Part shown: piece after piece, positions 1 through 8,202 of the stretch | How the letters are laid out: every line of letters starts with the position of its first letter | Numbering within the stretch: the first letter of the stretch is position 1 | Assembly: GCA_050255815.1 (NCBI GenBank) | Contig: JBLMVJ010000014.1 | Span: forward strand, 36,728 to 100,727 | DNA: 64,000 nt | From: Candidatus Levyibacteriota bacterium | GTDB taxonomy: Bacteria > Patescibacteriota > Microgenomatia > Levybacterales > GWA1-39-11 | Direction of reading: 5' to 3' | The notes under the pieces: model-generated | The model's input: only the letters and a program-made list of their open reading frames with translations | Told to the model about the DNA's origin: nothing | The model's database searches: none | Program-made: the position numbers and the translations under genes

Positions 1-1076
1 CCAGCCCGGTAATATGGGGATTGGTACCAGATGGTTTGTTTGCCTGATCCTAACAGGTCTGTCTCCTGGATAATGTGCGCAGGTGAAAGACCGGGAAACG
101 ATTTTTTGTACCATGAAGAAAAGTCTTTCATGGTTGTTATCTGGACCCGGCTATTTTCCTCCAGTCCTTTTGCATAATCAAGCCATTGGGATAGGTTGTT
201 AGTGTAATCTTCTATGTGCAAATCCCCTTCTAGGCCTATGGTTGCCTGGCCAAACTGGTTATTAGGATTTTGTAAGGCGTAGGTGTTGAGTAAATTTTTA
301 AAATAAGAGATATCTAGTCCTAATGTTGCGTAATCCTGCAGGCTATACATGCTGGCAGGACGTTTAGAAGCACTGAAATATCCGCTTAAAGGATCCCGTG
401 CTGCCCAGCGGAAACTGACTACATCAAGCTTGTTTTGAATATCCTGCGCCGGTTGTGCACTGTTAATAGCATTAGGATAGTACGGTACAGACCACCAGGT
501 TCCCCACACCTGATACCCGTCTAAATCATATTGGTCTGAAACTCCCAGAGTTCCCGTAATGCCATATTTCTGCTTCATGTAAGAAAGGGAATAGGCATCT
601 GTCCACCAGGACCCTACGGATACCGGATAGTAGCCAAAGATTTCCTTAAAATCTGCAAACAAGGTATCTATGAGTTTTTTTCTTTCTTCTTGGGCGTAGC
701 CGGATAAGAATAAGGAAGTTGCACGGTGCCAGGAATCTGTTTTATGGTAGGCAACGTGTGCTTCACGGGCAAAATCGGGGGTGACTTCCAGGAAAAGGCC
801 AAGCTCTTGCTTGCTGTCCATGCCTTTCAGCGCATTTATAAAATCTCCCTTTTGCATGACATCATATGTTACTAACCAGGTTGCAGGTAAGTCTCGACTT
901 TTAATTTCTGCATACTCCGCATTAAAACTCTTCAGGTAATCAGGAGTATAGGAAGAAATCCGCTGTGGGTTGACAATAGTGATAAAGGAGTTGCCGGATG
1001 CGTAGGCGTAGGGAACCTTTATGATAGCTATAACCGTTATAACAATTACAATTATATGGGAAGTTACCTTACGCAT
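1..1076 (-). CDS. Partial CDS running off the window start. Hypothetical protein with an N-terminal TM anchor (MRKVTSHIIVIVITVIAIIKV...) followed by a large extracytoplasmic-looking domain. Family not recognised.
   Basis: Manual reverse-complement translation from the ATG at 1076..1074 gives an open frame with no stop down to position 1 (checked codon by codon for 780-1076). Its start overlaps the valS stop as TAATG. It is absent from the ORF track only because it has no stop inside the window. Confidence 0.5.
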   Translation of the reverse strand, partial: MRKVTSHIIVIVITVIAIIKVPYAYASGNSFITIVNPQRISSYTPDYLKSFNAEYAEIKSRDLPATWLVTYDVMQKGDFINALKGMDSKQELGLFLEVTPDFAREAHVAYHKTDSWHRATSLFLSGYAQEERKKLIDTLFADFKEIFGYYPVSVGSWWTDAYSLSYMKQKYGITGTLGVSDQYDLDGYQVWGTWWSVPYYPNAINSAQPAQDIQNKLDVVSFRWAARDPLSGYFSASKRPASMYSLQDYATLGLDISYFKNLLNTYALQNPNNQFGQATIGLEGDLHIEDYTNNLSQWLDYAKGLEENSRVQITTMKDFSSWYKKSFPGLSPAHIIQETDLLGSGKQTIWYQSPYYRA

Positions 1077-3205
1077 TATGCAGTGGGCCAGGAAGAGATG
1101 ATGAGCATGTCAGTTTTATACTGTAACTCCCTGGTAATTTCCTCTGTTATAAATGGCATGAAGGGATGCAGCAGCTTTAAGAGTATCAAGTATTGAGTAT
1201 TAAGTGTTAAGTATGAATTGTCGTCAATCCTATTTTTTACGTCCTCAATGTAGATATCTGCAAATTCATGCCAGATAAATTCATACAGCCGTTCTGCTGC
1301 CAGGTTAAACTGGTATGCTTCAAGGTATTTTGTTATTTCTTCTATAAGCCTTTGTGTTTTTTCAATCCATTCTTTGTCATTTCCGCTCAAGGCATCTAAG
1401 GAACCAAGATTTTCTACGGCGCCCATACTTCTTCCTTCCTGCTTCATCTGGATAAACCGGGCTATATTCCAGAGTTTATTGGCAAACTTCCTGGCAGCAT
1501 CCAGTTTAGGATAAGAGAGGGCCTGGTCATTACCGGTAGCATTCCCGTATATAAGAGCAAAACGCACGGCATCCGCACCGTATTCATCTACCAATTCCAG
1601 GGGGTTTACTACATTCCCTTTACTTTTACTCATTTTCTTGCCATAGGGGTCATTTACAATACCGTGGAACAACACGTCCCGGAACGGTACCTCATCAGTA
1701 ATATACAACCCCAGCATGACCATACGGGAAACCCAGGCTTTCAAAATGTCATAGGCGGTTTCCATAACAGAGGTAGGATAAAACTTTCCAAAATCATCCG
1801 GACCGCTTGTCTTTAGGGTCACATACGGCCACTGGCCGGAAGAAAACCATGTGTCAAACGTGTCTGAATCCTGGGTCAGTTTCAGGGATTTGCATGCCGG
1901 ACACTGGGTAGGAGTCTCCCCTTCTGTTACTTGCCAGGCATCACAGTCATCACACTTCCAGGCAGGGATCTGGATTCCCCAGACAATCTGGCGGCTTATA
2001 TTCCAGTCACGCAGGTTTTCCAGCCAGTGGAAGTACGTATTCTCAAAGTTTTTAGGGACTATTTTTATGTCCCCGTTTTTCACTGCGTTTATTGCCCGCG
2101 TTTTGAGGCTTTCAACCTTAATGAACCACTGTTCTAAAGGGAGCGGTTCTAAAACATTTTTACATTTGTAGCAGAGGTTTAAGTTAGTAACATATTTTTC
2201 ATCCACTTTCTCCAGGAGCCCTTTTTTCTCCATCTCCTCTACTACTGCGCGCCTAGCCTCTTTTACATACATACCGGCAAATTTGCCCGCATGCTCATTC
2301 ATCTTGCCGTCAAAGCCGATGACTTGTTTCATAGGTAGGTTATGCCGCTTGCCAGTTTCAAAGTCTGCAAAGTCATGCGCGGGGGTGATTTTTACCACCC
2401 CGGTCCCAAACGCAGGATCAACCATCTCATCTGCAATTACTATGATTTTCGCCGGGCCCAGCACTGTCTCTATATCTATTTCTTTTCCTACATATTGTTG
2501 GTACCGTTTGTCCTTCGGATGCACTGCAACAGCCGTATCCCCAAATTTAGTTTCCGGCCTGGTTGTAGCAAGCAGAAGGGGTCCATACTTTATATAATAG
2601 AGTGGCCGTTCCCGTTCCTCATGGACTACTTCCAGGTCAGAAAAAGAGGTGCCGTCAAAGGTACAATAGTTTACCAGCTTGTAGTCCCGGTAGACCAGGC
2701 CATCATCATACATCCGGTGAAATGTTCTATAGACCAGCGCTACAATATCCGGATCCAGCGTATATTTTTCCCTGGACCAGTCTAATGAAAAGCCCAGGCG
2801 CCGCAGCTGCTTTTCAATGCCGCCGCGGTGTTCCTGTACATACTCATAAATCATGGAGAATAGAGTTTTATTGTCATAGTCCAGCCTGGATTTGCCCTGC
2901 TCTTTTAATTTCTTCTCAAAAACAAATTGGGTCTCTATGCCGGCATGGTCAGTTCCGGGAAGCCAAAGTGCGGCCTTTCCTTTCATGCGGTTAAAGCGGA
3001 TCAGGATATCCTCTACCGTAAACATGGCGTGGCCAAAGTGGAGGGCGCCGTTTGCATTAGGAGGTGGGAGGATAATGGTAAATTTATCCTGTGGGTCAGC
3101 AGAGTTAAATGCTTCCCGGTTTACTTCAGGCTTAAAATAGCCATTTTCTTCCCAGGCTTTATAAATGCCATCCTCTACCTTTTTATGGTCGTAGACTTTG
3201 TCCAT
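1076..3205 (-). CDS. valS: Valyl-tRNA synthetase, compact 709-aa form.
   Basis: Class I aaRS HIGH motif (PPPNANGALHFGHAM) and KMSKS motif (GKKMSKSKGNVV), plus the ValRS-like editing/CP1 region. The length indicates loss of the C-terminal coiled-coil seen in typical ~880-aa bacterial ValRS. Confidence 0.88.
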   Translation of the reverse strand: MDKVYDHKKVEDGIYKAWEENGYFKPEVNREAFNSADPQDKFTIILPPPNANGALHFGHAMFTVEDILIRFNRMKGKAALWLPGTDHAGIETQFVFEKKLKEQGKSRLDYDNKTLFSMIYEYVQEHRGGIEKQLRRLGFSLDWSREKYTLDPDIVALVYRTFHRMYDDGLVYRDYKLVNYCTFDGTSFSDLEVVHEERERPLYYIKYGPLLLATTRPETKFGDTAVAVHPKDKRYQQYVGKEIDIETVLGPAKIIVIADEMVDPAFGTGVVKITPAHDFADFETGKRHNLPMKQVIGFDGKMNEHAGKFAGMYVKEARRAVVEEMEKKGLLEKVDEKYVTNLNLCYKCKNVLEPLPLEQWFIKVESLKTRAINAVKNGDIKIVPKNFENTYFHWLENLRDWNISRQIVWGIQIPAWKCDDCDAWQVTEGETPTQCPACKSLKLTQDSDTFDTWFSSGQWPYVTLKTSGPDDFGKFYPTSVMETAYDILKAWVSRMVMLGLYITDEVPFRDVLFHGIVNDPYGKKMSKSKGNVVNPLELVDEYGADAVRFALIYGNATGNDQALSYPKLDAARKFANKLWNIARFIQMKQEGRSMGAVENLGSLDALSGNDKEWIEKTQRLIEEITKYLEAYQFNLAAERLYEFIWHEFADIYIEDVKNRIDDNSYLTLNTQYLILLKLLHPFMPFITEEITRELQYKTDMLIISSWPTA

Positions 3206-3250
3206 TTGGGAGTAATTCTAGCACAAATGTAAGAAATAAGGCAGGGGAAA

Positions 3251-3499
3251 TTACAGGAGGAATAAAAGCGATAAGACTAAAAGCAGCGTAAATACGAAAA
3301 ACAAATGGAATGTCATGATCTTCACCAGTGGTTTTGGGATAATAATTCCCAGCCTGGAGCTCATTTTGTATGCCTGCTGGGCGTGAAGCCCAGAAATAAG
3401 GAGAATCATAAGGGTTGAAGAAAACAAAAATACTTTAGAAAAAACTTGTAACATATTAAGCATATTAGTTAGTAAGATATCCATAGGGTACTCTGCCAA
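3251..3499 (-). CDS. Possible small hydrophobic protein (82 aa). May be spurious.
   Basis: ORF only. Hydrophobic low-complexity sequence in the valS upstream region, with no recognisable motif. Confidence 0.15.
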   Translation of the reverse strand: MAEYPMDILLTNMLNMLQVFSKVFLFSSTLMILLISGLHAQQAYKMSSRLGIIIPKPLVKIMTFHLFFVFTLLLVLSLLFLL

Positions 3500-4130
3500 C
3501 GTACGCCGGTCTGCCTTGCTGGTCTTTTACCCAGAGGCTCTGTACGTCAATGGTTTGAGTCTTATGTAACTGTGATGAAAGAAGATTGGCAACTTTCCGG
3601 GGAGACCTGATATTTCTGAGGACAAAGATATCCTCATGGGTGGGCCTGTCAAATGTAATGGATACGTTTCCCATATTCAGGTGTTCTGAGATAATCCCTG
3701 AAAGGTCTGCGTCTATCTCCGTACATCTCACCTGGTCTAACAGTACGGAGCTGGTCACCTCTGAAAGAAGCGGACTGTAACGTACTTCCAAAAGCTTTCT
3801 GGAAGTTACTATGTACAGATGAAAATACCAGTGCACCATTTCTTTTATAACAATCCCAAAACCTCCCATAAGGCTCACAAAAAAGAAAGCAGCGGCAATA
3901 AGTATGCTGTGCAGGACAAAAAATGAAATGACCGTAAACACTATGCTGACAAAGAATGTAGAAGTTACCATTTGGCTTATCCGGAACAGCAGGGTAATAT
4001 AATGTTCACGGGCTGCAAAAATATATTCCTCATTTTCAAAGGTTATAAATTTTTCAATATCCTGCCTGTCTAGCCTATCCCGGAATAATGTTTTAAGAAG
4101 GCTGTTCATAGTGTTTCTACTATACTCCAC
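3465..4130 (-). CDS. Membrane protein with two TM helices and a C-terminal bacterial PH-like (YdbS/bPH_2-like) domain.
   Basis: Hydrophobic helices (FFVSIVFTVISFFVLHSILIAAAFFFVSLMGGFGIVI) followed by a ~100-aa soluble domain resembling bPH_2. Judged by eye only. Confidence 0.45.
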   Translation of the reverse strand: MEYSRNTMNSLLKTLFRDRLDRQDIEKFITFENEEYIFAAREHYITLLFRISQMVTSTFFVSIVFTVISFFVLHSILIAAAFFFVSLMGGFGIVIKEMVHWYFHLYIVTSRKLLEVRYSPLLSEVTSSVLLDQVRCTEIDADLSGIISEHLNMGNVSITFDRPTHEDIFVLRNIRSPRKVANLLSSQLHKTQTIDVQSLWVKDQQGRPAYVGRVPYGYLTN

Positions 4131-4221
4131 CCACTACATCTATTCAGTAATTCCCCTTACACTGAAACTGTAATCTTGCTTACAAAAATAATTCATTGTA
4201 TACTCGGTAAGGGTTGCGCAC

Positions 4222-4872
4222 ATGGCCCAAAATGCAAACAGAAAACTTCTAGAATTCTTCCTGCGCCATAAAAAAGTCGCCTATAAAAAAGGGAATATTA
4301 TTATCCGTTCAGACGAAACGCCTTCCGGCGTATTCTACCTTCTGCAGGGGTATGTAAAAGATTATTGCCTGTCCTATGAGGGAAAAAGTTTCAGTTTAAT
4401 CCTTTTTAAGGAAAAGGATATTTTCCCGCACAATTGGATTTTTAATAAAACTAAAAATGACCATATCTTTGAAGCCTTTACCGACTGTATCCTGCTGCGT
4501 GCTTCCCGCGAAGAATTTATGGATTTTCTTGCAAATAACCCTGACGTCCTGCTGCTGGTTACCCAGAATGTATTGATCAGAATGGGTGGCCTTTTTGAGC
4601 GTATGGAGCAGCTGGCATTTGGGAATGCGGAGAAACGCGTCTCTTCTATCATACTCATTTTTGCTGACCGGTTTGGGAAAAAAACGCCTGAGGGGACCCT
4701 TATTCCGGTTCCATTATCCCATAAGGAAATAGCAGAGTTTATAGGTATTACCCGGGAAACAGCAAGTATTGAAATTAAAAAACTGGAACGAGCAAACATT
4801 ATTGTAAGGTCTTCAAAATCTTACATAGTAAAAAAACACGCTGCCCTTCTTAAAAAATCCGCAGCCCTCTGA
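4222..4872 (+). CDS. Crp/Fnr-family transcriptional regulator with a cNMP-binding-like domain and a C-terminal HTH.
   Basis: N-terminal beta-roll-like region (GNIIIRSDETPSGVFYLLQGYVKDY), then the HTH SHKEIAEFIGITRETASIEIKKLERANII. The recognition helix begins RET, as in E. coli CRP (RETVGR). Confidence 0.8.
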   Translation: MAQNANRKLLEFFLRHKKVAYKKGNIIIRSDETPSGVFYLLQGYVKDYCLSYEGKSFSLILFKEKDIFPHNWIFNKTKNDHIFEAFTDCILLRASREEFMDFLANNPDVLLLVTQNVLIRMGGLFERMEQLAFGNAEKRVSSIILIFADRFGKKTPEGTLIPVPLSHKEIAEFIGITRETASIEIKKLERANIIVRSSKSYIVKKHAALLKKSAAL

Positions 4873-4878
4873 AGTTCT

Positions 4879-6471
4879 TTGCTAAAAACTTGCTATAATA
4901 CCACTATGGGAAACAGTTTAAACCAGTACTCTCAAGTCCTTTTTAAATATTTCACGGCAGATAAGGGTCAACCGCACGTCCAGGGGATTACGGTGAATCC
5001 CATTGTTGCAGAAATTGCCTCATGGTACGAAAAACTGCGTAATGCCATGGAGTACCGAAAAGATGAAGTATTGCTGCAGACAACCATCCTGCGGATTCTC
5101 AAACGGCGGACTATTTTGGGTACCGGAAAAGATGTAGCAGCCCCCCTGGTACGGGAGTTAGTTTGGGCACGTTATCTGCCTGATGGCAGTATAACCCAGG
5201 CAACCATAGAGCAAGCGCAAAAAAAGATAGAGCTTTATGGGAAATTGCGCCGCCATATGGTGGAGCAAAAAATCCTGAAAGACTCAGAAGCAAGCAAATA
5301 CATCTATCAGGTGATGTCTGCAGACCTGGAGAACCTTCTTAACCCTACCCCGGAGCGGGAGGCTATGGGCAGTTATATTTTTCACTCTCTGCGCCCCAAT
5401 ATTTCTATAGAAAATGAGACGGATGAGCAAGTGAATGTCCAGGTGTTTATTGCAATCCACCGGAACTACACAAATGATAACCTTGCAATTTTACGCTTCC
5501 ACCTTCTCAAACAGTATTTTGGGGATTTTAATGAAGAAAGCTATGAAAAAATTGCAGCAGGTTTTAAAGACGGGTATATAGCTATTGAAAAAGCGATTAA
5601 CCATCCCCTCCGGTATAAAGTCTCAACATATGTAAAGCGTTTTATTCCGCCTTTTCTCATTTTAGAAAGTTTGCTGCGTCAGCAAAAGGGGACTATCTAT
5701 ACCCTTTTAGAAAATGATGAAGAGTTTTCCAATACGGTTATCTCTATGTGCCAGGAGAAGTATGACGGCATTGTTTCAAAAGTGAGACGTGCTATAGTGC
5801 GGTCTGTTATTTTTATTCTTCTGTCTAAAGTGTTTTTTGCATTTGCTATAGAAGGATCATTTGAGCGGTATTTCTTTGGGAGTGTCCAGTGGCTTACCTT
5901 AGGGCTTAATATTGTTATTCCTACTTCCCTCATGATTATTGCAAGCTTTTTTATCTCCACCCCTAATAGAAGAAATTCCCTCCGGATTCTTGCTGCCATA
6001 AAAGATTTGTTGTTTTCCCCCCAGCCCAGGATTGGGTATGCTATCCACTTCCAGGATCCTACCAAGAAAAAAGCAACATTTTCAGATAATGTCTTTACTA
6101 CTCTTTGGTTTACCACCTTCATTATTTCCTTTGGCCTTATTATATTTGCCTTAACAAAGATGCACTTTAATATCATGAGCCAGGGAGTCTTTTTATTCTT
6201 TGTGGCTATAGTCTCATTCCTTTCTTACCGTATTAACCAGACGGCACACGTTTATACACTGGAGGACCACCAGAGCATTAAAACGTTAATTGCCGACTTT
6301 TTCTTTTTGCCGGTTGCCAGGATAGGAATGTATCTGACAGAAGGAATTTCCCAGGTGAATATTTTTCTGTTTTTATTTGATTTTGTGATTGAGACACCGT
6401 TTAAGAGTTTATTTGGATTTTTTGACCAATGGTTTTTATATCTGCACTCAAAGAGAGAAAACCTCGAATAG
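4879..6471 (+). CDS. Hypothetical protein with an N-terminal soluble half and a C-terminal polytopic membrane half.
   Basis: 530-aa ORF immediately downstream of the Crp-family gene. Several predicted TM helices after residue ~290. No family motif recognised. Confidence 0.5.
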   Translation: MLKTCYNTTMGNSLNQYSQVLFKYFTADKGQPHVQGITVNPIVAEIASWYEKLRNAMEYRKDEVLLQTTILRILKRRTILGTGKDVAAPLVRELVWARYLPDGSITQATIEQAQKKIELYGKLRRHMVEQKILKDSEASKYIYQVMSADLENLLNPTPEREAMGSYIFHSLRPNISIENETDEQVNVQVFIAIHRNYTNDNLAILRFHLLKQYFGDFNEESYEKIAAGFKDGYIAIEKAINHPLRYKVSTYVKRFIPPFLILESLLRQQKGTIYTLLENDEEFSNTVISMCQEKYDGIVSKVRRAIVRSVIFILLSKVFFAFAIEGSFERYFFGSVQWLTLGLNIVIPTSLMIIASFFISTPNRRNSLRILAAIKDLLFSPQPRIGYAIHFQDPTKKKATFSDNVFTTLWFTTFIISFGLIIFALTKMHFNIMSQGVFLFFVAIVSFLSYRINQTAHVYTLEDHQSIKTLIADFFFLPVARIGMYLTEGISQVNIFLFLFDFVIETPFKSLFGFFDQWFLYLHSKRENLE

Positions 6472-6499
6472 TCTGCAAAGTAGTATATAATTATCTACA

Positions 6500-7744
6500 G
6501 TGAAACTTGACACAGCAGAAATCTTAAAAGTTTTTGGAAATACGTTTTCCCAATTAATTATAAGGTTCTCAGGCGCCGGTACTACATTTTTAGTTACGTT
6601 ATTTCTTGCGCGGTTTCTGGGCGTTGATACGCTGGGAAGTTTTATAAAGGTAACTTCATTTGTAGCAATCTTTTATTTGCTGATAGACTTTGGGCTCAAC
6701 ACAATCTACCTTAAGGATTATTTCCATAAAACAGAGGAGTTATTTGGGAATTTGCTGCTGCTGCGGTTTTTGATCTCTTCATCCGTTTTCCTTTTAGTCC
6801 TTGCCATTGCCGTTTTTCTGCCGCACACGGAAAACTCCGGATACTCAATTGCAGAAAAGATAGGTATTCTTATCTATTCTTTTACTATTTTTACGGAAGG
6901 CATCCTGGTTTCATTTAATGGCCTCCTGCAAAAAAACCTTCTCCAGAAAAAATTGGTAATGCCAAGCCTGGCTTCTTCTGTTGTTACCATACTGCTGGTT
7001 TTATTAGGCGTTTGGGCGCATAATCTGTTTATTATTTTGGCCTCATATCCTATTGGAGAGCTGGTTCAGGTGTCCGCCATAAGCATCTCCCTTAAGAATA
7101 AAGTTTCTTACAAGAGGCTTCCCGCTTCTTTTAGGAGTTTTTCTAGAAAATCACTGTTTGCTGCTTCCCCCCTGGCACTCATGTTGTTTTTAAATGTAGT
7201 ATATTTCCGCGCGGACTCTTTTATTCTTGCCCTCTTAAAAAGCGCAACTGATGTAGGCCTCTATGGTTTTTCCTATAAAGTATTTGAGTTTTTGATTTCC
7301 GTCCCTACGTTTCTTTCTGCCAGCGTATTTCCAATCCTTATTGCGGTACATGCTGACCGTAAGCTATTTAGGCAAAAGATATTTTCTTATGCAGGTATAT
7401 TATTGGCGGTTTCCGGTATTCTTACCGGTGCCGTTTTCCTGCTTTCTCCCCTGGTGTCCCTGGTGCGTTCCGATCTGGCACCCGCCGTTATTCCTTTACG
7501 TATTTTATCTTTTTCCCTACCCTTCTTTTTCTTAACCAGCTTATTCCAGTGGGCGATTCTCTTACAGGGAAAAATAAAGCTGCTTCTTTTCATTTATGGG
7601 ATCACTATGGTTTTAAATGTCATTCTGAACGTGCTGTATATACCGGTTTTTTCATATATAGCATCCTCATACATCACGCTTGCAACTGAAGGGCTTGTCT
7701 TTCTGCTGATGCTTATGGTATTTTTAACTTCTAAGAAAAACTAA
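6500..7744 (+). CDS. Polysaccharide biosynthesis protein, oligosaccharide flippase of the MOP/Wzx-like family.
   Basis: GTG start. About 12 predicted TM helices. The N-terminus resembles Wzx/MurJ-type flippases (FGNTFSQLIIRFSGAGTTFLVTLFLARFLGVDTLGSF). Confidence 0.6.
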   Translation: MKLDTAEILKVFGNTFSQLIIRFSGAGTTFLVTLFLARFLGVDTLGSFIKVTSFVAIFYLLIDFGLNTIYLKDYFHKTEELFGNLLLLRFLISSSVFLLVLAIAVFLPHTENSGYSIAEKIGILIYSFTIFTEGILVSFNGLLQKNLLQKKLVMPSLASSVVTILLVLLGVWAHNLFIILASYPIGELVQVSAISISLKNKVSYKRLPASFRSFSRKSLFAASPLALMLFLNVVYFRADSFILALLKSATDVGLYGFSYKVFEFLISVPTFLSASVFPILIAVHADRKLFRQKIFSYAGILLAVSGILTGAVFLLSPLVSLVRSDLAPAVIPLRILSFSLPFFFLTSLFQWAILLQGKIKLLLFIYGITMVLNVILNVLYIPVFSYIASSYITLATEGLVFLLMLMVFLTSKKN

Positions 7745-8161
7745 ATGGAGAAGCACGTATCTGTATACTGTGACGGCGGATCCAGGGGAAACCCGGGAGA
7801 GGCGGCTTATGGGTTTGTCATTTATGACCGGGATGGAAAAGAGCTGTATAAAGAAGGAAAGCGCTTAGGGATAACTACCAATAATGTTGCAGAGTATTCC
7901 GCAGTAATTGCGGCCATGCATTGGCTTCTTGCGCATCCCGTAGAAGATTCACAAATCCAATTTTATCTGGATTCTGCATTAGTAGCAAACCAGATGAAGG
8001 GAATATTCAAGATTAAAAACGAGAATATGCGTTCTCTTGCCTATACCGCAAAAACTTTGGAAAAAAAACTTTCCCAACAGATTACCTATCATGCTATCCC
8101 CCGGGAGCAAAACAAAATGGCAGACCGCATGGTTAACCTTGCATTAGATAACCTCCTTTAG
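7745..8161 (+). CDS. rnhA: Ribonuclease HI.
   Basis: VYCDGGSRGNPGEAAYGFVIY...TNNVAEYSAVIAAM matches the RNase H fold catalytic DEDD context. 138 aa. Confidence 0.8.
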   Translation: MEKHVSVYCDGGSRGNPGEAAYGFVIYDRDGKELYKEGKRLGITTNNVAEYSAVIAAMHWLLAHPVEDSQIQFYLDSALVANQMKGIFKIKNENMRSLAYTAKTLEKKLSQQITYHAIPREQNKMADRMVNLALDNLL

Positions 8162-8202
8162 TTTTTCTAGACAAACAAGGCTTCGTCCCATACAATAAAA
8201 GT

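Noticed and set aside
1851-3232. Several 60-150-aa plus-strand ORFs (1851..2171, 2283..2597, 2342..2785, 2602..2994, 2927..3232 and others) inside valS.
   Set aside because: They are antisense to a well-supported aaRS gene, have no motifs and show odd composition. They are shadow ORFs.
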